Sequence record: SRR20825006_1462
DNA: 39,249 nt
Direction: 5' to 3' (one strand)
Shown: piece by piece, positions 1 to 8,536 of the stretch
Numbering within the stretch: the first letter of the stretch is position 1
Layout of the letters: each line of letters starts with the position of its first letter
Made by a program: the position numbers and the translations under genes
The notes under the pieces: model-generated
The model's database searches: none
What the model was told of the DNA's origin: nothing
The model's input: the letters and a program-made list of their open reading frames with translations, nothing else

Positions 1-54
1 TAGAGTACCAGATTTCGGCTCTGGGGGTTGGGGGTTCGAACCCCTCCGGGTGTA
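1..54 (+). tRNA. tRNA-Arg(TCG), 5' part outside window
   Basis: Anticodon arm CCAGA-TTTCGGC-TCTGG (8-24; anticodon TCG at 15-17), T arm GGGGG-TTCGAAC-CCCTC, acceptor 3' strand CGGGTGT plus discriminator A; CCA not encoded. Confidence 0.93.
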
Positions 55-56
55 CT

Positions 57-96
57 AAAAGCCTTTGTAAGTCATTGATTTGCAAAGGCTTTTTTT
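57..96 (+). terminator. Intrinsic terminator after tRNA-Arg
   Basis: AAAAGCCTTTGTAAGTC / GATTTGCAAAGGCTTTT stem followed by a T-run. Confidence 0.85.
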
Positions 97-138
97 GTAG
101 TATTAAACTGTTGGTTTTTAAGGGGAATGGCTTAAAAT

Positions 139-173
139 AAAAAAGCCACGTAAAGGCTAATTAACGTGGCTTT
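139..173 (-). terminator. Intrinsic terminator of the beta-barrel gene
   Basis: AAAGCCACGT / ACGTGGCTTT inverted repeat; the A-run on its left is the U-tract on the minus strand. Confidence 0.8.
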
Positions 174-193
174 GTAAGTGTTCTATGCTAAAA

Positions 194-700
194 TTACATA
201 CGGAATGTAACTCCAAATTGTAGAAGAGCAATTCCAAAACCTAGCTCACCGTAAGCGCCAAGCTTTTCAGTAAAGTGATAACGTCCGCCAACAAAGCCTT
301 GGTAAATTATGCCACCAACTGATGCACTATTGGCCCCTGGCCCATCCCATTCAGCAGAAGCAACGTTATAACCAAGTATAAGTCCACCATACGTATCTAT
401 ATCGTCTACAAATTGTTTATGGTAAGTTCCTCGAGCTCCAATTACTAAGTTGGAATATTTCCAAGTACCAGTGCCAAAATCTTCCGAGTTACCTAAATAA
501 CCGAGGTACCCCCCGATGGATACATCATCATTGTAGCCATAATCTACAGCAACATTAATAGGAATTCCGCCCGATCCAGAAAAGCTGTGACCAAGCCCAA
601 TTCCTGCATTTATATCTATAGTCCCTTTCCCCGGATATTGTGCCATTGCTATTGTTGGGACGATTAAGATAGCAAGAAATAGTAGAGTGATTTTTTTCAT
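194..700 (-). CDS. Small outer-membrane beta-barrel protein (OmpA-TM/OMP_b-brl-like)
   Basis: Sec signal peptide ending AMA-Q, alternating Gly/aromatic beta strands, terminal strand LQFGVTFRM. Confidence 0.8.
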   Translation of the reverse strand: MKKITLLFLAILIVPTIAMAQYPGKGTIDINAGIGLGHSFSGSGGIPINVAVDYGYNDDVSIGGYLGYLGNSEDFGTGTWKYSNLVIGARGTYHKQFVDDIDTYGGLILGYNVASAEWDGPGANSASVGGIIYQGFVGGRYHFTEKLGAYGELGFGIALLQFGVTFRM

Positions 701-888
701 AATAATGATGTTAGGATAGTTTGTGTTTTGAAAACATCAAGAACCTAATCCATTTGTTATGATTTGAACATCACCTATTCGGAGTATTTCTAAGTTTTAA
801 TGAGTGAAAAGTTACTAGAAAGGGGTATAGAATGAAGTTCAAAACTAGAAAAACATCAATCCATAAATCATGAAATATGTTAAGGCAC

Positions 889-1557
889 TTATTTCCCAAA
901 CAAGGACAGAAAGGAATCTTTAAATGCATTGCCAATAGGAATTTGGTTCTTCCCAATATGTATCAAATTTCCTTCTACAAAATCGATACTAGAAATTGAA
1001 ACAGTGTACGATTTGTGAACTCGCACAAATTCGTTGCTAGATAACTCCTCGGTAAACGACTTAAGAGTTCTGTTAAAAGTGTATTTTTTTGGGATACAGT
1101 GAAGTGTTAGGTAATCGCCCATACTTTCAACAAAAAGAATGTCGGATTCTAAAATGCGATAGGTCTTCCCGCCTTCTTTTATAATCATATTCGGACTTTC
1201 TTCCACGAAACTAGCCGCCACTTTATTAATGGCTTTAAGAAAACGTTCAAACGGGAATGGTTTTAAGAGATAATCTACAATGTCTAATTCGTAGCCTTCT
1301 AGCGCATATTCAGAATATGCCGTTGATAGAATAACTTTAGGCGGGTTAGCCAGTGTTTTTAAGAAACTGATGCCAGAAAGTTTTGGCATGTTAACATCAA
1401 GTATGATGAGGTCAACAGGTTGGTCTTTAAGAATAGAAAGTGCTGAAACGGCATCTTCACACTCTCCTACTAACGATAGCGTTGGCGTGTCGTGCACATA
1501 TTGCCGAAGGATGTCTCGAGCAATGGGTTCGTCATCTATAATGAGGCATCGTATCAT
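889..1557 (-). CDS. LytTR-family response regulator
   Basis: Receiver motifs IIDDEP, LDVNMP, DYLLKP; LytTR motif FVRVHKSY. Confidence 0.95.
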   Translation of the reverse strand: MIRCLIIDDEPIARDILRQYVHDTPTLSLVGECEDAVSALSILKDQPVDLIILDVNMPKLSGISFLKTLANPPKVILSTAYSEYALEGYELDIVDYLLKPFPFERFLKAINKVAASFVEESPNMIIKEGGKTYRILESDILFVESMGDYLTLHCIPKKYTFNRTLKSFTEELSSNEFVRVHKSYTVSISSIDFVEGNLIHIGKNQIPIGNAFKDSFLSLFGK

Positions 1558-2588
1558 CTAAGCTGAATGGTTACGTTAGCGTGGAAAGTTTTCAAGTCTT
1601 CATCCAAATTGTGGGTGATAGAATAGCTGTCTGAATAAAGGAGATCTAAACGGCGAACACAATTAACGATGCCCATTCCGGAAACTCGCTCTGGAGTCTG
1701 GGAAGCATCCTTAATATAATTCTTTGTGGTAAGGGACAAAGCTCCATCAGAAACAGTGAGTGAAATATGAAGCGGTTTCTCTTGTGAAATATCGCCATGT
1801 GTAAAACAGTTCTCAATGAAAGTAATGAGGATCAAAGGTGCAATTTCTAGTTCTTTAAAATTCCCCGTGGCAGAAAAATTAATAGCATGCGCATCTGAAA
1901 GACGCTCTTTTTGTAATGAAATATATTCCTGAATGTATTCTAGGTCTTGCTCAAGAAGAACTTTGTTCTGATTTAGATTATCCACGATATATCGAAGAAT
2001 GTTAGAAAGTTTGAGGACTAATTTTGGAGCTTTATCAGTTTTCTTTAAAGCCTCTCCGTAAATGGAGTTCATGGTGTTAAACAAAAAGTGTGGGTTAATT
2101 TGGGCTCTCAAAACTTGCAACTCAGATCTTCTTTGCTCCTCTTCAAGCATGGCGAGCTTTGTAATCGCTTCTTGCTGTTGAAACCATCCTTTTGCTAGGT
2201 GAAGAAGCGTTGTAAAGCCGATATAAATAAAACCAATACCAAGCATTTCGTACCACTCATAAACAGTAACGAAATAAAAGTCTGGAAAAATTAAACAGGC
2301 AAATAAATCGAATGTTAAGGGATAAGCTTGAATTATAAAGATGATGGAAAGAATAAATGAAAGCCAAAATAGTAGAAACTTTTTAGCATCTAGAAACTTG
2401 TGCAGTGCAAATTGATTATAGGTTACCCCAATAAATAGCGGAATGTGAAAAAGAGAGGTGTAAATTATATCAATAATTCGAATTTCTTCAGTACGCGTAA
2501 ATAGGCGTAAAAGCACAACAAATGAAATTGTCCAGAACAAAATATTCTGGACAACAATATTATTTAGAAAGGATTTAAGGCTTTTCAT
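1554..2588 (-). CDS. LytS/YehU-type membrane sensor histidine kinase
   Basis: N-terminal TM helices, AQINPHFLFNTMNSIY H-box, FIENCFTHG, SGMGIVN; 4-bp overlap with the regulator. Confidence 0.93.
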   Translation of the reverse strand: MKSLKSFLNNIVVQNILFWTISFVVLLRLFTRTEEIRIIDIIYTSLFHIPLFIGVTYNQFALHKFLDAKKFLLFWLSFILSIIFIIQAYPLTFDLFACLIFPDFYFVTVYEWYEMLGIGFIYIGFTTLLHLAKGWFQQQEAITKLAMLEEEQRRSELQVLRAQINPHFLFNTMNSIYGEALKKTDKAPKLVLKLSNILRYIVDNLNQNKVLLEQDLEYIQEYISLQKERLSDAHAINFSATGNFKELEIAPLILITFIENCFTHGDISQEKPLHISLTVSDGALSLTTKNYIKDASQTPERVSGMGIVNCVRRLDLLYSDSYSITHNLDEDLKTFHANVTIQLR

Positions 2589-3243
2589 CTGCGCGTTTTA
2601 AAACTTTTGGGTCATCAAATGCACGTTTGTCGTGGGCATATTTGGTAACAAACTTCTGTAATTCGCTAGTTGAAGCAGTAACCAGTATTTCTCCGTTTTC
2701 TTTTTCGTGCTTAATTCTGATTCTGTTGTTTTCAATCAACTCTTCTATCCAAGAATCTTTAAAAAATTCAATGTTTAAGGAGTCATCAACAACGTGCAGT
2801 TTAGAAAATGTATGAACTGGAAAGTAGTGTGATTGTTTTAAGTTTGAACTTGGGGCTATATCAAAAACGGATAGATCTAGGAAGTAGGCTCCGTTAAATT
2901 CACCAACTGCACCAATAAAGATGGAAGAATCAATACTTTCGTTTTCTAAATCTTCATAAAGAACTAAGTAAAGCTTTTCAGTTATGCCTTCTTCCTCATC
3001 AACAGTAAAATCATCGATATCAAACGCTGATAAATCCAAGTTAGGCACATTTCGAGGATCATTGATAAAAGTCCATCGTTGAGACTCGGTTTCCCAACGA
3101 CCTTCCAAACCGGTAAGTAATACAGCTTGATTAGTAGGAACTAAAGGATGAACTGACTTGAGGTAACACCCCGAAATAAGAAGAATCAGTACTAAAATGA
3201 AAGAGGTGTGTCTAATCGAAAATTTCATGGATATGTAATTCAT
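2575..3243 (-). CDS. Hypothetical lipoprotein, first gene of the LytS/LytTR operon (start may be ATG 3228)
   Basis: Hydrophobic stretch and lipobox LISG-C; overlaps the kinase start. Confidence 0.8.
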   Translation of the reverse strand: MNYISMKFSIRHTSFILVLILLISGCYLKSVHPLVPTNQAVLLTGLEGRWETESQRWTFINDPRNVPNLDLSAFDIDDFTVDEEEGITEKLYLVLYEDLENESIDSSIFIGAVGEFNGAYFLDLSVFDIAPSSNLKQSHYFPVHTFSKLHVVDDSLNIEFFKDSWIEELIENNRIRIKHEKENGEILVTASTSELQKFVTKYAHDKRAFDDPKVLKRADEKP

Positions 3244-3293
3244 TAAGGTTTCGAGGCAAAGAAATGAAGGTTGTGTGGGAGAAAAAAAATTAT

Positions 3294-3323
3294 TCGATAA
3301 ACACCCATATTTGGTCGATAAAC
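3294..3323. promoter_or_regulatory. Putative LytTR binding site
   Basis: TCGATAAAC at 3294-3302 and 3315-3323: 9-bp direct repeat with 12-bp spacer, the usual LytTR box geometry, about 50 bp upstream of the operon. Confidence 0.75.
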
Positions 3324-3437
3324 TACCTGTTTGAGCAAGAAAACAAAAGAGTGGGAAAAAGCAAAGAGTTGCAAAGCAAATTATTATTATTCTAAGTATC
3401 TGGTTATTATGTATTAAACATATAACTCATATTTGAT

Positions 3438-4445
3438 ATGAAAAAGAACGTAATATTAATAACAGCTATTCTCTCGATAACTTTTTTCGCATGCCAAAAA
3501 GATGTTGAGAAAGAAAGACCGATTCAAAAAGAATGGACTATAGCATTACATGGTGGTGCGGGGTACGTCTCTAAAGAAATGCCAGAAGAACAAAAGGAAG
3601 CTTATCTAAATGCTTTAGATGAAGCTCTTAGTATTGGCGAAGCGATTTTAAAAGAAGGCGGTTCATCCGTCGATGCAGTAGAAAAGACAATCAACTATTT
3701 AGAGAATAACGAACTTTTTAATGCAGGCAGAGGTGCCGTTTTTACTGCTGAAGGAAAGAACGAGCTTGATGCTGCCATCATGGATGGGACCAATAAAAAT
3801 GCCGGTGCTATTACGGGTGTTAAAACGGTAAAAAATCCAATCTCATTGGCGCGTAAAGTGATGGAGCAGTCGGATCATGTTTTTTTTGCAGGTGATGGTG
3901 CTGAAAGGTTTGCCGACGAGACGGAAGTTGAAAGAGTAGATCCAGAATACTTTAAAGTAGAAGGAAAGTATGAAGCCTGGAAGCGAGCAAATAAACAAAC
4001 AAGCCACAATCTTGAGCTTTTAGATGATAATGGATGGAAGATGGGAACTGTGGGCTGTGTAGCTCTTGATAAAGAAGGTCGACTTGCAGCAGGAACCTCA
4101 ACAGGTGGGATGACTAACAAGAAATATGGACGTGTAGGTGATGTTCCTATCATTGGATCGGGAACGTACGCAAATAACTTGGTTGCTGTTTCTGGCACAG
4201 GTTGGGGTGAGCGGATTATGTTGAATGTTTCGGCTCATACTCTTGCAGCATACATGGAATACAAAGATGCCACTGTTACCGAAGGAATGGATTATTTAGT
4301 AGACGAAGTTCTGAATCCACGAGAAGCGGGCTTTATTGCAGTCGATAAGTTTGGCAACGTGGCGATGAAAACAAATACAGGTTCTATGTTTAGAGCAACA
4401 ACGAGCTCAGAAGGAAATAGAAAAATTGCTATTTGGGAAGACTAA
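3438..4445 (+). CDS. iaaA: Isoaspartyl peptidase/L-asparaginase (Ntn hydrolase), lipoprotein
   Basis: IALHGGAG, FNAGRGAV, ELDAAIMDG, nucleophile GTVGCVALD, TSTGG, GRVGDVP; lipobox FFA-C. Confidence 0.93.
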   Translation: MKKNVILITAILSITFFACQKDVEKERPIQKEWTIALHGGAGYVSKEMPEEQKEAYLNALDEALSIGEAILKEGGSSVDAVEKTINYLENNELFNAGRGAVFTAEGKNELDAAIMDGTNKNAGAITGVKTVKNPISLARKVMEQSDHVFFAGDGAERFADETEVERVDPEYFKVEGKYEAWKRANKQTSHNLELLDDNGWKMGTVGCVALDKEGRLAAGTSTGGMTNKKYGRVGDVPIIGSGTYANNLVAVSGTGWGERIMLNVSAHTLAAYMEYKDATVTEGMDYLVDEVLNPREAGFIAVDKFGNVAMKTNTGSMFRATTSSEGNRKIAIWED

Positions 4446-4451
4446 AGGCAT

Positions 4452-4491
4452 AAAAAAAGCCAAAAGGTAATTTTGAATCCTTTTGGCTTTT
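4452..4491. terminator. Bidirectional intrinsic terminator
   Basis: AAAAGCCAAAAGG / CCTTTTGGCTTTT between convergent genes. Confidence 0.85.
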
Positions 4492-4512
4492 AAAGTTTAT
4501 GGATGGTTGTTT

Positions 4513-5274
4513 TTAGATACCATAAAAACGATCTCTTAATTCTTGGGTGTAAATCCCAATGTCGTTTCTTAGTTCAAATAATCGCCCATGAATTTCTGCA
4601 TACTGTTTTTTATTAAAGTATGGCTCAGCTTTCATGTTTTGGAGCATATCTAACGATTTATTCGCGTAGTTAAGTGCTTTTTTTGTGTAAGCAATATTAG
4701 CACCTAAATACTCATGATCGAAACCAAATGAGTAACCTCCGGCTAACTTCGCGGCAATTTTTAAACTATCACTAACAAGTTCTAAAAAAGCTGTTGATTG
4801 CTGTTCGCTTGGAACCGACTCTGCCCACTTGAGAGTGTCTACCGCAAAAATTCGAGCATCGCTAAAGAGGCCCAAATTATCAAGAGAACCATATTCTGAT
4901 TTAGCAAAGTCATCACTTAGACTTTTCCATTCCTCTCCTTCGTCAAAGTCATCGTCATCATCGTCAAACTCAAGAAACTCCTCAGAAGAACCGAAAAGGT
5001 AATCATCTTCTTCGAACTCGTCATCTTCCTCTAGGTCGTCGTCATCTTCAGGGAAGTAAGCTTCATCAAGTAATAACTCTTCCTCTACGTATGCCTCAAA
5101 AGCATCGTCTTCACTCAAACTTTCTTTGAGTAAGGTAATCCATCTTGGTACGGTACCTTTCTGATCTGTAGAGATAAATTTTCGAAGCTGGTCGCTTTTT
5201 TTCTCTACTTCATCAAGGTGGGTTTCCCACTTATATTCGTCCCAAAGCTCGTCATTAGATTCATCAAAACTCAT
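4513..5274 (-). CDS. Hypothetical protein: very acidic N-terminal half, C-terminal four-helix bundle (23S rRNA-IVP/Avd-like by eye)
   Basis: Long ORF; ATG 5274 preferred to the TTG at 5337; D/E tract followed by an amphipathic helical domain. Confidence 0.8.
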   Translation of the reverse strand: MSFDESNDELWDEYKWETHLDEVEKKSDQLRKFISTDQKGTVPRWITLLKESLSEDDAFEAYVEEELLLDEAYFPEDDDDLEEDDEFEEDDYLFGSSEEFLEFDDDDDDFDEGEEWKSLSDDFAKSEYGSLDNLGLFSDARIFAVDTLKWAESVPSEQQSTAFLELVSDSLKIAAKLAGGYSFGFDHEYLGANIAYTKKALNYANKSLDMLQNMKAEPYFNKKQYAEIHGRLFELRNDIGIYTQELRDRFYGI

Positions 5275-5379
5275 AGGCTGGCCGTGCAACTTTGATAATG
5301 GTTGGTTATAGAAACAATTATTATTTGAACTCTGCAAGAGTTAGTGGAAAAATAACGCTTTTTGTGGATAAAAAGTTGC

Positions 5380-6216
5380 TTAAAGTCGTTCTAAAACACC
5401 AGTAATTACTTTGGTCATTTTTGGCTCCGCCATGGCCGCTCCTTCAAGAACATGCTCCATATTAACGGCTGTAAGCGAGTCTGGGAAGCATTCGTCAGTA
5501 ATAACAGAAATTCCTAGTACATCCATGCCCATATGAACAGCGGCAATTACTTCTGGCACCGTGCTCATCCCAACAACATCCGCTCCTAACTGGCGCATAT
5601 ATCGGTACTCTGCTTTCGTTTCTAACGTAGGACCAGAGACCGCTAAGTAAACACCTTGATGCATTTTTATTGCATTATCTAGAGCAACATTTTCAGCAAT
5701 TTCCATTAATCGCGACGTATATGGCTCACTCATATCAGGAAAGCGGGGACCAAGCTCGTCATCGTTTGGACCAATGAGCGGATTGTCAGCTAAAAAGTTG
5801 ATATGATCATTAATGAGCATCACATCACCACGCTGGAAATTAGTATTCAATCCACCACAAGCATTACTAACAAAAAGACTATGCGCTCCAATGGCTTTTG
5901 CAACTCTTACTGGAAATGCGATTTGTTGCATAGTATATCCTTCGTAATAGTGGAAGCGCCCTTGCATTGCTACAACAGGTTTGCCGCCAAGAATACCAAA
6001 AAGCAAACGGCCAGCATGGCTTTCTACAGTTGAGGTAGGGAAGTGAGGAATATCACCGTAGCTAATAGACGTAACAACATCAATTTCTTCAGCAAGTTGG
6101 CCAAGCCCAGTTCCTAAAATCACCAAATACTCTGGTTTGAAATCAGTTTGGTCTGCTATGTATTGAACAGCTTCATCGCGCTTAGCGCGGAATTGTGCTA
6201 CGGTATCGAAAGCCAT
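5380..6216 (-). CDS. punA: Purine nucleoside phosphorylase I (trimeric type)
   Basis: ILGTGLG, QGRFHYYEGY, GPRFPDMS, GPTLETKAE, DVVGMSTVPE. Confidence 0.93.
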   Translation of the reverse strand: MAFDTVAQFRAKRDEAVQYIADQTDFKPEYLVILGTGLGQLAEEIDVVTSISYGDIPHFPTSTVESHAGRLLFGILGGKPVVAMQGRFHYYEGYTMQQIAFPVRVAKAIGAHSLFVSNACGGLNTNFQRGDVMLINDHINFLADNPLIGPNDDELGPRFPDMSEPYTSRLMEIAENVALDNAIKMHQGVYLAVSGPTLETKAEYRYMRQLGADVVGMSTVPEVIAAVHMGMDVLGISVITDECFPDSLTAVNMEHVLEGAAMAEPKMTKVITGVLERL

Positions 6217-6254
6217 GTACGAAAAATTAGGAGTTAAAATGGAATATAGATGCT

Positions 6255-6881
6255 TTAGTCTATCTCGTCAAGGATATCATCAAGACGATCGCTTCCAGGA
6301 GGAAATGAGAGGTTTATATCGTCCTCTTCTACCTCAGACTCTTCAGTATCCAACTGGAAACGAGATCTTACTTTAGTTTCTAGAGGAGTGTCGGTTACCT
6401 CATTGTTGTCAGAAAGGGTATAAGCTTTTTGGTCGTCTTTACTAAATTGCTCTAAAGATTTACGAGCATTTTCTAAGTAAGAGCCTATACCGCCTATTAT
6501 TTCCTCGCGTTTATCTAAAAGTCTTAAAATTGTTTGGCGAACATTTTGACGTTGGTGGTTTGCTTCTTTAATGATAGCGTCAGCTTCCATTTCGGCTTTA
6601 TCAATTTTGTTCTGAGCCTCCATTTTTGCTGTTTCAATTTTTTGAGCAACCGACTCTTTCGTAGTTTGAAGCGTTTCATGTAGTGCTTCTTCAACCCGCT
6701 CGTAATGTCTTACGCGGTCAGATAATTTTTGGATCTGATCGTCAAGTTCTTTGTTCTTATTAAGAAGGTGCTCTACCTCATTAGAAACAAGAGAGAGAAA
6801 AGATTGTACTTCTGCAACATCATATCCTCGAAGAGATTTTTCGAACTGTTGTTGCTTTATTTCGAGCGGTGATAGTTTCAT
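6255..6881 (-). CDS. divIVA: DivIVA-domain protein
   Basis: N-terminal LSPLEIKQQQFEKSLRGYDVAEVQSFL signature, long coiled coil, acidic tail. Confidence 0.9.
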   Translation of the reverse strand: MKLSPLEIKQQQFEKSLRGYDVAEVQSFLSLVSNEVEHLLNKNKELDDQIQKLSDRVRHYERVEEALHETLQTTKESVAQKIETAKMEAQNKIDKAEMEADAIIKEANHQRQNVRQTILRLLDKREEIIGGIGSYLENARKSLEQFSKDDQKAYTLSDNNEVTDTPLETKVRSRFQLDTEESEVEEDDINLSFPPGSDRLDDILDEID

Positions 6882-6927
6882 GGTAAACGACTATTTAGTA
6901 AAACTTAAGCTATGTTGAAAGTAACAC

Positions 6928-7269
6928 TTATTCATTTAACATGTTCCTGAGATTGCTGCCGTTTTCATCTTTATCTTCGGTTGAACGTACCTCTAAAGGT
7001 TCTATTTCAATTACTCCATTAGAATCGGGTACTCTAATCTTTTCTTCTTCAATATCAGAAACAATGGCTTCTAAATTTGTAATTCTGCGCTCGGTAGTTT
7101 TTTTGAACTCAGAAAGAGCCTTGAAAAATTGAGGGTCTATCTGTCCAGGCGCTTCTTTTGTATTTGATCGTGTTTTAACGACATCGAAAATATTCTTTAC
7201 TATGAAAATAATTATCCCCGATCCAAAACCGATAGCAGCGAGTGTAATAACAAAAATTTCTGAAGACAT
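6928..7269 (-). CDS. Small single-pass membrane protein with short coiled coil (PspB-like motif)
   Basis: N-terminal TM, RRITNLEAIV; co-oriented inside the cluster. Confidence 0.75.
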   Translation of the reverse strand: MSSEIFVITLAAIGFGSGIIIFIVKNIFDVVKTRSNTKEAPGQIDPQFFKALSEFKKTTERRITNLEAIVSDIEEEKIRVPDSNGVIEIEPLEVRSTEDKDENGSNLRNMLNE

Positions 7270-7281
7270 ATCTAACTAAGG

Positions 7282-7578
7282 TTAATTTCTAACGGGTCTT
7301 TGTTTTCCAAGGTTATCATCAGAATTATTATCATCTTGAATTTCGATATCACCTAGAGGGCGCTCACGCTTTGCAGTTCTATCTTCGGCTGCAATAGCTT
7401 CAAGGTTCTCGATGCGATTCTTAAGATTATGTATGATTTTGCGTAGCTCTTGAACTTCTTTAGAATTGGTGCTGGTTTTAGCTTCAAATTCTAGTTCTTG
7501 TTTGCGGTAGCCCAATATAAGCCCCCCAACGATAGCAACTATAGGGATTATAGCAAACCAAGGTATTCCAAAAATCAT
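7282..7578 (-). CDS. Small single-pass membrane protein with short coiled coil (PspB-like motif), paralogue of neighbour
   Basis: N-terminal TM, NRIENLEAIA; 12-bp gap to the next gene. Confidence 0.75.
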   Translation of the reverse strand: MIFGIPWFAIIPIVAIVGGLILGYRKQELEFEAKTSTNSKEVQELRKIIHNLKNRIENLEAIAAEDRTAKRERPLGDIEIQDDNNSDDNLGKQRPVRN

Positions 7579-7631
7579 GTTATTTCACCAAGTGTTAGTT
7601 AATATTAAAGTGCGTGCTACTACGGCTTGTG

Positions 7632-8339
7632 TCACTGATAGTTTCGAGATCCAAAGATATCACTCCCAACTCTAACCATGGTAGCTCCTTCTTCAATTGC
7701 TACTTCCAAATCGGCACTCATTCCCATAGAAAGTTGGTCTAATTGGATATTGCTACCGTTGTTGAATTGCTGATGCTCGGTTAAAAGCTTCTTTAGCAAT
7801 TTAAATTCAGGCCTAACTAACTCAGGATTATCCACAAAAGTGGCAATACCCATAAAACCACGCACCTTAACATGAGATAAATTTTTTGCGTAATCAAGTA
7901 TTTTAGAAATTTCTTCTGGCTCACAGCCACTTTTCTGATCTTCGCCACTAATATTAACTTGAATCAGCACGTTAATTACCTGATTTGCCTCTCCAGCACG
8001 CTTCTCTATTTCCTTCAAATACTTTGTTTTTGAAACGGAATGAATCCAATTTACACGGTTAGCAATGTATTTTATTTTGTTGGATTGCATGGTACCAATC
8101 ATGTGCCAGACTATATCGCTACGCTCTATATCGTTCATTTTTTTTTCCAACTCTTGCATTTTGTTCTCACCGAAAACCAATTGTCCGCACTTTAATGCGC
8201 TCAGAATAAAGTCATTGGGCTTGGTTTTACTTACAGCAACAAGTGTTATTTCGGAGGGTTCACGTCCCGCTTTTAGGCATGCAGAAGCTATTCTTTCGGA
8301 AACAGTGTTAATATTATTGCAGATTTTGTCCAAACTCAT
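7632..8339 (-). CDS. yggS: YggS/PLPBP pyridoxal phosphate homeostasis protein
   Basis: LVAVSKTK (PLP Lys), FGENK, WHMIG, LSMGMSAD, GATMVRVGS. Confidence 0.96.
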   Translation of the reverse strand: MSLDKICNNINTVSERIASACLKAGREPSEITLVAVSKTKPNDFILSALKCGQLVFGENKMQELEKKMNDIERSDIVWHMIGTMQSNKIKYIANRVNWIHSVSKTKYLKEIEKRAGEANQVINVLIQVNISGEDQKSGCEPEEISKILDYAKNLSHVKVRGFMGIATFVDNPELVRPEFKLLKKLLTEHQQFNNGSNIQLDQLSMGMSADLEVAIEEGATMVRVGSDIFGSRNYQ

Positions 8340-8536
8340 GGCAGAAAAAGGGAATTTGTGATAATTTTATTTAAATAACTGAAAGATAGGCTTTTATCAT
8401 TCATCAATTAACCTTATTTTTTGGGGCTACATAAAAGACTTAAGATTTACCTATTGTTGACGCCGACGCTCTACAAATACAAACTCTCGCATTCGAGAAC
8501 ATTCATCTTCACTAACTCAAAAGGTAGAAGATAAAG

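Noticed and set aside
4513..5274. Diversity-generating retroelement suggested by the Avd-like bundle
   Set aside because: No reverse transcriptase and no TR/VR repeat pair seen in the window
5363..5371. Perfect DnaA box TGTGGATAA (another TTATCCACA at 7828-7836 inside yggS)
   Set aside because: Isolated boxes with no cluster or origin-linked genes; compatible with chance
8340..8536. Possible riboswitch upstream of Nif3
   Set aside because: Only short stems (TCTCG/CGAGA, ATCTTC/GAAGAT) and no recognisable aptamer consensus or terminator
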